Assembly (NCBI GenBank): GCA_029560465.1
Contig: JAKQKX010000097.1
Coordinates: 1 to 60,672, forward strand
Length of the DNA: 60,672 nucleotides
Origin: Candidatus Omnitrophota bacterium
Lineage (GTDB): Bacteria; Omnitrophota; Gorgyraeia; Zapsychrales; JANLHA01
Reading direction: 5' to 3'
In this document: positions 25,238 through 34,063 of the stretch, piece after piece
Position numbering within the stretch: the first letter of the stretch is position 1
Layout: the number at the start of each line of letters is the position of its first letter
Notes under the pieces: model-generated
What the model was told of the DNA's origin: nothing
The model's database searches: none
What the model saw: only the letters and a program-made list of their open reading frames with translations
Translations under genes and position numbers: made by a program

Positions 25238-26740
25238 ATGAAAAAACTCGTCCTTTTACGGCGCATTTCACAGGCTCTGTTTTTAGGGCTTTTTGTTTAT
25301 ATCCTCTGGTCCACGACCTACCCTCTGGGCGGCGGGATTTCCCCGAGAATCCTGTTTAATCTGGACCCTGCGCTCATGATTTTTACTGCTGTGAGCGAAC
25401 GGCTCCTCCTCCCGGGCCTGGTGTTTGCCTTTCTTATGATCGGAGCGACTTTTATCCTGGGCCGTTTTTTTTGCGGGTGGGTGTGCCCTTTGGGAACGGT
25501 CATCGACGCCTTCGGTTCTCTCCGGAAGAAGAACGCGCGTGACCTGTCCTGGCTGAACAACCGGCGCCTGAAAAATATCAAATACGTGTTTTTAGGGATA
25601 TTTTTCCTGCTGGCCGTGGCTGGCTTTCAGGCGGTTTGGGTGATGGACCCTGTTGTGACCGCGGCCCGGGTTGTGTCCCTCAACGTGATTCCCGCGGTGA
25701 CCTTCGCGGCGGACCGCGGTTTTGTCTGGCTGATTCAGCGGTTCGGCCTTTACGGAGGATTTTATGATTTTTACCGCGGTCTGAAGGCGGGAGTTCTGGG
25801 GGTGAGGATCGTGTTTTTCGCCAACGCCTTGATCACGTTTATATATTTTCTGGTTATCGGGTTTTTATCTTTGGTGGTCGCGCGGCTGTGGTGCCGCGCG
25901 CTGTGCCCTTTGGGCGCGCTTTACAGTTTGGTCGCGCTGTTTTCGCGGCTGGAACGCAAAGTCGACGCCTGCAACGGGTGCGGGCTGTGCCGCCGGAACT
26001 GCCGCATGGGCGCGATCCGGGAAGAGGGGGATTACGATAAAGGGGAATGTGTTTTATGCATGGACTGCGTTTATGACTGCCCGACGGGCAAGACGCGGTT
26101 TGCCTTTAAAGGAGCGGCCGTGCCGGCCTTAGCCGCGCCGGCTGCGGGAAGCAAGGGCATGACCAGGCGGTCGTTTTTGTGGCTCATGGCCTCTTCGTTC
26201 TTGTCTTTGGGCGGGCGATGGGCGCCCGCGGCCCGGCGGCGTGTTATCCGGCCGCCCGGCGCCGTGGAAGAGGCCGGATTTTTAAATACCTGCGTGCGCT
26301 GCGGGAACTGCATGAAGGTATGCGTCACCAACGGGCTTCAGCCGGTGATGCTGGAATCCGGTTGGCAGGGGCTCTGGACGCCCCGGCTGGTCCCGGAGAT
26401 CGGGTACTGCGAGTATAACTGCACCCTTTGCGGACAGGTTTGCCCGACGGGTGCGATCCCGCGGCTTTCCCGGGAAGCGAAAAAACAGGTTCGGATGGGG
26501 CTGGCGCGCGTGGACCGTTCCCTCTGCCTGGCCTGGGCCCATAACGAGCCGTGCATTGTGTGTGAAGAGCATTGCCCGGTCGCGGACAAGGCTATTAAGC
26601 TGGATATTGTCCGGGTTCACGGCCGGGATGTTTCCCGTCCTGTGGTGGACCGGGCGTTGTGCATCGGCTGCGGGATCTGCCAGAATAAATGCCCGGTCAG
26701 CCCTGAGCGGGCGATCCGGGTGGAGGCCTTTGTCCCATGA
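25238..26740 (+). CDS. Membrane polyferredoxin: NapH/MauN-like N-terminal half fused to NapG/MauM-like C-terminal half
   Basis: FFCGWVCPLGT and WCRALCPLGALY lie in helices. Several CxxCxxCxxxCP clusters. The internal MTRRSFLW motif is at nt 26159. RPPGAVEEAGFLNTCVRCGNCMKVC. Confidence 0.7.
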   Translation: MKKLVLLRRISQALFLGLFVYILWSTTYPLGGGISPRILFNLDPALMIFTAVSERLLLPGLVFAFLMIGATFILGRFFCGWVCPLGTVIDAFGSLRKKNARDLSWLNNRRLKNIKYVFLGIFFLLAVAGFQAVWVMDPVVTAARVVSLNVIPAVTFAADRGFVWLIQRFGLYGGFYDFYRGLKAGVLGVRIVFFANALITFIYFLVIGFLSLVVARLWCRALCPLGALYSLVALFSRLERKVDACNGCGLCRRNCRMGAIREEGDYDKGECVLCMDCVYDCPTGKTRFAFKGAAVPALAAPAAGSKGMTRRSFLWLMASSFLSLGGRWAPAARRRVIRPPGAVEEAGFLNTCVRCGNCMKVCVTNGLQPVMLESGWQGLWTPRLVPEIGYCEYNCTLCGQVCPTGAIPRLSREAKKQVRMGLARVDRSLCLAWAHNEPCIVCEEHCPVADKAIKLDIVRVHGRDVSRPVVDRALCIGCGICQNKCPVSPERAIRVEAFVP

Positions 26741-27255
26741 ACGGAAAGAGCCAGGCCGTGAACCCGGACACAGGAATCCCTGCGCAAAAACTGCGGGTTT
26801 TTTCCGGCGAGCATCTTTGGTACGAGATCCACATGCTCTATGGGGTCATGGAGCTCCTTCTTCAAGGGGTCGACGATTATTATCTTTATAACGCCCTACT
26901 GGAAGCGTTTGTCCTGCACGCGAGCGTTATCTTGGATTTTTTTTACAAGCCGGCAGTCAAGCCCGATGATGCCCGCGCGGTCCATTACGTGCGCGACCCG
27001 CGCGCGTTTCATAAGGCGCTGCCGCCGTTTGAACAGAAGTTCGGAGGGTTCACCCGGAAACGCAACAAGGAAGTCGTGCATTTGAGCTACCGGCGGCTGT
27101 ATGTGCGGCCGGAAGAAAAGCATTGGCGGTCCTCTAAGATCACCAAAGATATCCGCCGGATCGTTGACATTTTTCTGGATCACGCCGACCCGGCACGGCT
27201 TCATCCTAAAATGTACACATTAAGGACCGGGGCTGAACGCCGTGGCGCGTTTTGA
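26737..27255 (+). CDS. Hypothetical protein with HEPN-like motif
   Basis: ATGA overlap with the polyferredoxin. Helical. RKRNKEVVHLSYRR. Confidence 0.45.
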   Translation: MNGKSQAVNPDTGIPAQKLRVFSGEHLWYEIHMLYGVMELLLQGVDDYYLYNALLEAFVLHASVILDFFYKPAVKPDDARAVHYVRDPRAFHKALPPFEQKFGGFTRKRNKEVVHLSYRRLYVRPEEKHWRSSKITKDIRRIVDIFLDHADPARLHPKMYTLRTGAERRGAF

Positions 27256-27304
27256 GAAACGTTTAATCAGGAAGGGATTTCTAAACATAAACAGAGGAGA
27301 AGCG

Positions 27305-28624
27305 ATGAAAAAAGTTTTTGTGCTGGACACCAACGTGCTGATACATAATCCGATGGCTTTGTACTCGTTCGCGGATAATAAGGTGGTTATCCCCATTACG
27401 GTTATCGAGGAGCTGGACAACCTGAAAAACAGCGTGGACAAGAAAGGGATGCACGCCCGCCAGGTCTTGCGGGAGATTGATATTCATATCAAGCACGGCG
27501 CCTTAAAGCAGGGGTCCAAGATGCCGAACCACGGAGTGATGGTGGTGTCCCTGGGTGCTCCGCCGGAAGAATTCCCCCTGCTGGACGCCAATATTAATGA
27601 TAACAAGATTTTAAGCGTCGCGTGGGATCTGCAGCAGCGGGGGGAAACGGTCTTTTTTATTTCGAAAGACGTGAACGCCCGTATTAAAGCGGAAGCCCTG
27701 GGGATACGGTCGGCGGATTATGAGAAGGAAAAAGTCGAGTATGAGACCCTGTATAAGGGGTGGAAACAGGCCGCCCTGCCCAAACGGGACATTCAGAAAT
27801 TGCGGCAGGGGCAGCTGGTGAAATTGAAGGGCGTCCATTTTAACTGCAATGAATACGCCGTGGTGTCCGCCCCCAAAGATCCGGGCGAGCAAGTGCTGTG
27901 CAAGTACGATGATGGGGAAGATGCCCTGCGGGCGCTCCCGGGAGCGTGCAACGTGATGGGCATCGTCCCGCTGAATATCGAGCAAAGGGTGGCGTTGGAC
28001 CTGCTTCTGGACGACCGGATCAAATTGGTCACCCTTGTGGGGCAGGCGGGGACCGGGAAGACTTTGCTGGCGCTGGCCTCCGCCCTTGAAAAGATCCTCG
28101 CGCGGCACCCGGTCTATGAAAAATTGCTTGTCGTCCGGCCCATTGTCCCGTTAGGAAAAGACCTGGGGTATCTCCCGGGGACCAAGGAAAAGAAACTCAA
28201 TTACTGGATGCAGCCGATTTTTGATAATCTGGTATTTTTACTTAAGCAATCCATCAACGCGCCGAACAAGGACTGGTCGACCAGCGATCTGACGCTGGAT
28301 AACCTGCACAGGTCGGAGCTGATTGAAATAGACGCGGTCACCTATATCCGGGGGCGGAGCATTCCCAACCAGTTTTTTATCGTGGACGAGGCGCAGAATT
28401 TGACCCCTCATGAAATTAAGACGATCATTTCCCGCGCGGGGGAAGGGACAAAGATCGTCCTGACCGGGGACCCGGCGCAGATTGACAATCCATATCTGGA
28501 CGCCAATTCCAACGGTTTGGCGTATGTGGTGGAGCGCCTTAAAAAATTTAATTTGTTCGGGCATATCCTGTTAACCCAGAGCGAACGGTCCAGTCTCGCG
28601 TCGCTGGCCGTGGAACATTTGTAA
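27305..28624 (+). CDS. PIN domain + PhoH-like ATPase (YlaK-type)
   Basis: VFVLDTNVLIHNP (PIN), GQAGTGKT (Walker A) and FFIVDEAQNL (Walker B). Confidence 0.85.
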   Translation: MKKVFVLDTNVLIHNPMALYSFADNKVVIPITVIEELDNLKNSVDKKGMHARQVLREIDIHIKHGALKQGSKMPNHGVMVVSLGAPPEEFPLLDANINDNKILSVAWDLQQRGETVFFISKDVNARIKAEALGIRSADYEKEKVEYETLYKGWKQAALPKRDIQKLRQGQLVKLKGVHFNCNEYAVVSAPKDPGEQVLCKYDDGEDALRALPGACNVMGIVPLNIEQRVALDLLLDDRIKLVTLVGQAGTGKTLLALASALEKILARHPVYEKLLVVRPIVPLGKDLGYLPGTKEKKLNYWMQPIFDNLVFLLKQSINAPNKDWSTSDLTLDNLHRSELIEIDAVTYIRGRSIPNQFFIVDEAQNLTPHEIKTIISRAGEGTKIVLTGDPAQIDNPYLDANSNGLAYVVERLKKFNLFGHILLTQSERSSLASLAVEHL

Positions 28625-28663
28625 ACCGGCCGGGGGCCGCCCAGGGAAGAGGGCATAGAATTT

Positions 28664-29470
28664 ATGAGGGGCCATTTGACGCAGCAGCGCGCGTTTGACC
28701 AGACGGCCGGGTTCTTAAAAACGGCGAAGAGCGTTTTGTTTATCACCGGCGCGGGAATTTCTGCCGAGTCCGGGCTTCCGACGTACCGGGGGCTGGGCGG
28801 GATGTATAATGACCGCCTGACCGAAGACGGTGTCCCGATTGAAACCGCGCTTGCCGGAGCGACTTTGCGCCGCTCCCCGGACGTGACCTGGAAGTACCTC
28901 GCGCAACTGGAAGAACGGTTCCGGGGAGCGGCCTTTAACCAGGCACATCGGGTTGTCGCTGATATTGAGCGTCTCTGGCCGCGGGTCTGGGTGCTGACGC
29001 AGAATATCGACGGATTTCACGGGGATGCCGGTTCCAAGAACGTTATTGAGATCCACGGTAATATTCACCGCGTCCTGTGCGCCGCGTGCGCGTTCCGGAT
29101 GAATATCCGGGATTTTTCTGAGATTGAGATCCCGCCTCTTTGTCCGCGGTGCGGGCATTTGATGCGGCCGGACGTGGTCCTGTTCGGCGAAACGCTGCCC
29201 GTTGAGGCGCTTACGACTCTAGTAGAGCAAATGGAGCAGGGGTTTGACCTGTGTTTCAGCATCGGGACAATGAGCGTGTTCCCCTATATCTGTCAGCCGC
29301 TGGAAGACGTCCAGAGGCGCGGCGGTTTTACGGTCGAGATTAACCCGGAAGAGACAGGACTGTCTTCCATCGTTGACGTCCGGATCGTTTCCGGCGCGGT
29401 TGATGCGTTGACGCGGATATGGGACGTTGTGTCTGGGGGCGCAGGGACGGCTGGACACTGTTTTTCATAA
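28664..29470 (+). CDS. cobB: NAD-dependent protein deacylase (Sir2/CobB family)
   Basis: GAGISAESGLPTYRG, QNIDGFH, and the zinc-ribbon cysteines CAAC ... CPRC. Confidence 0.85.
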   Translation: MRGHLTQQRAFDQTAGFLKTAKSVLFITGAGISAESGLPTYRGLGGMYNDRLTEDGVPIETALAGATLRRSPDVTWKYLAQLEERFRGAAFNQAHRVVADIERLWPRVWVLTQNIDGFHGDAGSKNVIEIHGNIHRVLCAACAFRMNIRDFSEIEIPPLCPRCGHLMRPDVVLFGETLPVEALTTLVEQMEQGFDLCFSIGTMSVFPYICQPLEDVQRRGGFTVEINPEETGLSSIVDVRIVSGAVDALTRIWDVVSGGAGTAGHCFS

Positions 29471-29584
29471 GGCGTTGGATTTTTGAGCCCGGACACAATA
29501 TAATAATTGATAAAGGGGCCGGGGGAACCCGGATTATTCAAGCGGATTTTGATGCTATAAAACTAAGGAAGGAATCGCAGAGGT

Positions 29585-30295
29585 ATGAAGAAGATCAGGA
29601 TTTTATTTCTTGTTGTGAGTGTCTTGTGGGGCCTGGCCCCGAACGGGCAGGCCGCCCAGCCACGGCTTTTTGAGCGCCGGCTGCAGAAAAACATCACGCA
29701 GACGTATTTTGTGCAGACGCCCCAAGGGTACAACCCGGATCAAAAATACCCGCTTCTGATTGCAGTTCATTCAGAGAAGGAAACGTCCCGGGATGCCGTG
29801 GACCAATGGGGCCCGCTTGCGGATCGGGAAAATTATATTTTGATATGCCCGTCGTTCTCTTTGGGCTTTGAAACGCTTCAGAATAAAGAGGACCTCTGGC
29901 TGATGCACGTCCTGCTGGAGTTGCGGTCGGATTTTCCTTATGATCAGGATAAGGTGTATTTGGTCGGGTTTTCCGGCGGTGGGGAATGTGTCCACCGCAT
30001 GGCTTTCAAAAGGTCGAATATTGTTCAGGCGGTGTGCGTGTTCGCGGCTGCGGAGTATGACATCCCGCCGACTCTGATGAGGAACCGGCAGGTCAAATTT
30101 TTCGTGGGCGTCGGGGAGAAAGACAATTTTGTTAAAGACAACCGGGTTTCCAAGTCGCAGAAGTTTTATAATCTGCTTAAAGTGACCGGGTATGACGTGA
30201 CTTTTAAAATATACCCCGAGACCGGGCAGTCCCTCACCGAAGCGATGAGGGAAGACGCGATGATGTTTTTTAACACGATCCGCAAAAGCCAGTAG
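29585..30295 (+). CDS. Secreted alpha/beta hydrolase (esterase family)
   Basis: Signal peptide. LLIAVHS. Nucleophile elbow GFSGGG. Confidence 0.6.
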   Translation: MKKIRILFLVVSVLWGLAPNGQAAQPRLFERRLQKNITQTYFVQTPQGYNPDQKYPLLIAVHSEKETSRDAVDQWGPLADRENYILICPSFSLGFETLQNKEDLWLMHVLLELRSDFPYDQDKVYLVGFSGGGECVHRMAFKRSNIVQAVCVFAAAEYDIPPTLMRNRQVKFFVGVGEKDNFVKDNRVSKSQKFYNLLKVTGYDVTFKIYPETGQSLTEAMREDAMMFFNTIRKSQ

Positions 30296-30306
30296 GGGGC
30301 CCCGCC

Positions 30307-31656
30307 ATGGCCGATTTCCTGGAAAAAGTGTTTCATCTAAAGAAACGAGGGTCCTCCGTCCGGAAAGAAGTCCTTGCAGGGCTTACGACTTTTCTAACGA
30401 TGTCGTATATCATTTTCTTGCAGCCGGCCGTGCTGTCCAGGGATTTCAGCGGGAACCCGACGGGCCTGGACTTCGGCGCGGTCCTTCTGGCGACCTGCCT
30501 TAGCTCCGCCGGCGCTTCCATTTTTATGGGACTTTACGCGCAATACCCCATTGCTTTGGCGCCCGGCATGGGAGAAAATTTTTTCTTCGTTTCTGTGATC
30601 ATGACCCTGACCACCATGGGCGTCGCCGACGCCTGGCAAACCGCGCTGGGGATCATTTTTATTTCCGGGGTCCTTTTTCTTCTCCTTTCGGCCCTGCGGG
30701 TCCGGGAGGCCATCATTGACGCGATCAGCCCCAGCATGAGAAACGGGATTGCCGTCGGGATCGGCCTGTTTATCACGTTTATCGGCCTGCAGCACGGTCG
30801 CCTGATTATTGATAAGCCGGGAACCCTGGTGGGGTTGAATACCCATTTCGCGGCCCCGGATATCCTGGTTTTTTTTGCCGGGCTGATCGTCACCAGCGTC
30901 CTGAAGGTGCGGAAAGTCCGCGGCGCTATCCTGTGGGGAATCCTGGCCGGCGCCCTCGTGGCGCTGTGCCTGGGCAAGATTGAATATCGGGGGATATTCG
31001 GGCTCCCCGACATCCGGCAGCCGCTTATTTTCAAAATGAATATTGCAGAGGCGTTTCGCGTGGCTTACCTGCCGTTTATCATGGTGTTTTTATTTATGGA
31101 TATGTTTGACACGGTCGGGACCCTGGTGGGGGTCGCGGAAGCCGCAGGGTTTATGGACGGCAACCGGCTGCCACGCGCGGACCGGGTTTTAATCGTGGAC
31201 GCGGTCGGGACTCTGGGTGGCGCCTGCCTGGGCACGAGCACCGTCACGAGTTATATTGAAAGCGCGGCGGGGGTCGCGTTCGGCGGCAGGACGGGGTTAA
31301 CGAGCGTGACCGTGGGCGCGTTGTTTCTTGCCGCGCTGTTTTTCGGGCCGCTTATCGGCATGATCGGGAATTACCCCCCCATCACGGCTCCGGCGCTGGT
31401 GATCGTCGGCGTTATGATGATTGAAAGCGTCAAAAAAATTGATTGGGACGACGCCTCGGAAAGCATCCCGGCATTTTTAACTATGATCGGGATCCCGTTT
31501 TGTTATTCCATCGCGGACGGCCTGGCGCTGGGATTTATCAGTTATCCGGTTATTAAGATGTTGAGCGGCCGGGGCCGGGATATGAGCTGGCTCATGGCTG
31601 TGCTTGCGGTTCTGCTTTTGGCGTATTTTATTTTCCTGCGAGGTCGCCTAGGCTAA
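30307..31656 (+). CDS. NCS2 family purine permease (AzgA/PbuG-like adenine/guanine/hypoxanthine)
   Basis: N-terminal KKRGSSVRKEVLAGLTTFLTMSYIIF and polytopic topology throughout. Confidence 0.85.
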   Translation: MADFLEKVFHLKKRGSSVRKEVLAGLTTFLTMSYIIFLQPAVLSRDFSGNPTGLDFGAVLLATCLSSAGASIFMGLYAQYPIALAPGMGENFFFVSVIMTLTTMGVADAWQTALGIIFISGVLFLLLSALRVREAIIDAISPSMRNGIAVGIGLFITFIGLQHGRLIIDKPGTLVGLNTHFAAPDILVFFAGLIVTSVLKVRKVRGAILWGILAGALVALCLGKIEYRGIFGLPDIRQPLIFKMNIAEAFRVAYLPFIMVFLFMDMFDTVGTLVGVAEAAGFMDGNRLPRADRVLIVDAVGTLGGACLGTSTVTSYIESAAGVAFGGRTGLTSVTVGALFLAALFFGPLIGMIGNYPPITAPALVIVGVMMIESVKKIDWDDASESIPAFLTMIGIPFCYSIADGLALGFISYPVIKMLSGRGRDMSWLMAVLAVLLLAYFIFLRGRLG

Positions 31657-31669
31657 AAGACGCGCATTT

Positions 31670-32389
31670 TCAGAATCCAGACATCGCGTCTAGGCCGGTG
31701 ATCATAAAATTTTGCGCTCCCAGAGAAGCCAGTACGCATAGGTTGGCCAGGAGGAACAGGATTTTGAGGACAAAGGGCTGCTTCTTGGGGAAGGACCGCA
31801 AGAAGGCAATGTCCGTGACTCCCAGGGCGATCGCCTGCGATAACAGGATGCCGCGGATAAGCCCCCACAACGGATTGAAAATAAACGCGAAGATCATGAT
31901 GCCGGCGGACGCGCCGAAATGATCGCTTTCCCAGAATGTGGCGTGAAGGCTGGCTTCCGGATTTTTTTTGCTGTTCGTTAATCTGGAAAAAGCCGCCTGC
32001 CTGGCCCCGAACACCCCTCCGAGGCAGACGGTCAGGATAATCCCCGCGGGTAATATTAAAAATAACAGGTCTTGATGCCGGGTTCTTAGAAGGTAGCGGA
32101 GCGTTTCGTTGGCCAGGAGTGCCGCCCAGATGCCTGGGGTTGCCAGGAGGATGCCGGCGAAGCTGTTGAACAAAATCAGGGTGACCGTCCCTTCAGGGCC
32201 TCCGGCAGGTTTTTCGGCCCGCAATGTCCCCAGGCCCCAAGCCGCTAGATAGAGGCCGGTGAAGAATGGGAAGACGAAAACAGGGTCGCTGAAAATATAG
32301 CTGAAAGCGGTCGCGAGCGCGATATATGTCAGGGCCCCGTGGCCAGCAGCGCATGAATTCAGAAATGTAAGGTGTTTATGGGGAGGCAT
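31670..32389 (-). CDS. Hypothetical polytopic membrane protein (operonic with spermidine-synthase-like gene)
   Basis: Overlaps the upstream minus-strand gene by 14 nt. About 7 hydrophobic helices. Confidence 0.55.
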   Translation of the reverse strand: MPPHKHLTFLNSCAAGHGALTYIALATAFSYIFSDPVFVFPFFTGLYLAAWGLGTLRAEKPAGGPEGTVTLILFNSFAGILLATPGIWAALLANETLRYLLRTRHQDLLFLILPAGIILTVCLGGVFGARQAAFSRLTNSKKNPEASLHATFWESDHFGASAGIMIFAFIFNPLWGLIRGILLSQAIALGVTDIAFLRSFPKKQPFVLKILFLLANLCVLASLGAQNFMITGLDAMSGF

Positions 32390-34049
32390 AGTCTTCCGTT
32401 ATCATTTTAAGCCGTGTTTTAATCGGGAATTTTGAAATCAACGTGTCATACCCGCTCAGGGAGTGGTCTGCCGTGTTGGGCAGAGAGTAGCTGATGATCC
32501 CGAATTTGGCCAGGTCCTTCCATCCGTATTCGAGACGGGGCCGGTATTTTTCTTTGTAATCTTCCAGAAAAGAAGCGCGGGATTTTTCCGAATGAAAAAG
32601 GACGAGTTGTTCCGTCTCTCCCAAAGATTCCTCTTTCCCCCGGTAGGATCCTGCAAGGGGAAACAGCCCGGCGTCCAACGCGGTCCGCGCTTGGACAGAC
32701 ATCTTTAACGGGGACGACAAGGTGTTGGATGTGATAACGATCACCCCGTGTTTTGAGAGGAGGCGTTTAAGGTCCCGCAGGAATTGAAGGCTTAAGGTTT
32801 TTGTTTTTATTAAATTTCTTGTCCCCCCCGGCGGGGCATCGACAATAATGAGGTCGTAATGCTTGTTGTCGCGCAAAACCCATTCGAAGGGATTCATGAA
32901 ATGCAGTTTAACGCGCGGGTCATCGAAGGCGCGGCGGGTCAATTCCCGCAGGTAAGGATTTTCCCGGGTTATTGTGACCCACGCTTGATCGGGTTCCACG
33001 ACCGTGATCTCCTTCGCGGATTTGTACTGGACCGCTTGCCGGGCCGCCAGCCCGTCCCCGCCGCCGAGAATAAGGAGGTCCTTGATGTAGGGCCGCAGAG
33101 TCATGTAGGGGTCAAACAGAAAGGCGTGCCCGGGGTCCCCCCGGGATTCTAACGGAAGGAAAAATTGTAACGCGCCGTTTGTCAGCCCCAAAATGAAATA
33201 CTTGCTGGGTCTGGCGAGGATTTCTTTCTCTGTCTCTAAAACCGGCCACCCGTCTTTCCGGGTGATATACAGCAGAATTTGTTGAGACGGTGTCTGATCT
33301 TTGGCAATGAGTGTGGCCGGCCTGTGTCCCAGATAGGCCCTTTGAAGAACCGTGTTTTCTATTTTGTCACTCCACAGGGAGACGGCGAGAAAAAATCCCA
33401 CCAGGGCGGCGATTCCCCAGCGCCAGAGGCGGTCAACCGGCTGGGCTTCATTCCGGGAGAGAAACAGGAATAGAACGAACAGAAAGTTTATAAAGGAGAT
33501 CATGAGGGATGTTTTGAAAAAACCCATGGCGGGGAAAAATACCGACGTGTAAAGCAGCGAGGCGATCGCGCAGGCGAGGGAACTAAAGATTTTAACTGAG
33601 GCCCGGTCCCGGGCGCCATCTGTTGAAGAAAGCCGCGGGGGATAAAATTCCCTCCAGGCCCGCCCGCTTAAAAATCCAATAGCTGCGGCGAGAGCCAGCC
33701 CGAACACCCCGGCTTCCAGGTTGATAACAGCCAGGGAGTCAAAGAGGATGATGTCGATGCCGAGGATGCTGAAAAAACCGGCGAACGTCAAACCCATCTG
33801 GAGCCATATGAGTTTTTTCGGGGTCCTGTGCTCGGGCTCCGGGGCTGGCGCGCTCCGGCGCGCGCTGCCCAGGCCTATAAAAAGGATAAATACGGCGGCC
33901 ACGACCGGATAAACAAACAGGTCTTCCCCGAACACCCTGGACAGCCGGGATGCGATCAGGAACAGATAGCAGGTCGGGCAGAAGGTCATTAAAAACGCCG
34001 CTGCGGGGTTAAATATCCGGATATTGTGGGCCAAGGTTTTGAACCGCAT
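32376..34049 (-). CDS. Membrane-fused spermidine synthase-like (polyamine aminopropyltransferase family) protein
   Basis: N-terminal polytopic region, then LILGGGDGLAARQ ... ITVVEPD ... DLIIVDAP. Confidence 0.7.
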   Translation of the reverse strand: MRFKTLAHNIRIFNPAAAFLMTFCPTCYLFLIASRLSRVFGEDLFVYPVVAAVFILFIGLGSARRSAPAPEPEHRTPKKLIWLQMGLTFAGFFSILGIDIILFDSLAVINLEAGVFGLALAAAIGFLSGRAWREFYPPRLSSTDGARDRASVKIFSSLACAIASLLYTSVFFPAMGFFKTSLMISFINFLFVLFLFLSRNEAQPVDRLWRWGIAALVGFFLAVSLWSDKIENTVLQRAYLGHRPATLIAKDQTPSQQILLYITRKDGWPVLETEKEILARPSKYFILGLTNGALQFFLPLESRGDPGHAFLFDPYMTLRPYIKDLLILGGGDGLAARQAVQYKSAKEITVVEPDQAWVTITRENPYLRELTRRAFDDPRVKLHFMNPFEWVLRDNKHYDLIIVDAPPGGTRNLIKTKTLSLQFLRDLKRLLSKHGVIVITSNTLSSPLKMSVQARTALDAGLFPLAGSYRGKEESLGETEQLVLFHSEKSRASFLEDYKEKYRPRLEYGWKDLAKFGIISYSLPNTADHSLSGYDTLISKFPIKTRLKMITEDYASP

Positions 34050-34063
34050 GTTTCGTCCAGGGG

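Noticed and set aside
26737-29470. HEPN-like + PIN-PhoH + Sir2 cluster considered as an anti-phage defence island
   Set aside because: The Sir2 protein has the full CobB-type catalytic and zinc-ribbon motifs, and PIN-PhoH (YlaK-type) is a widely conserved housekeeping architecture. The genes sit among core metabolic genes of uniform composition. Only the HEPN-like ORF is kept as a low-interest finding.
30296-30306. Purine riboswitch upstream of the NCS2 permease (and of apt at 55186-55219)
   Set aside because: The intergenic spaces are only about 11 and 34 nt, too short for a riboswitch aptamer.
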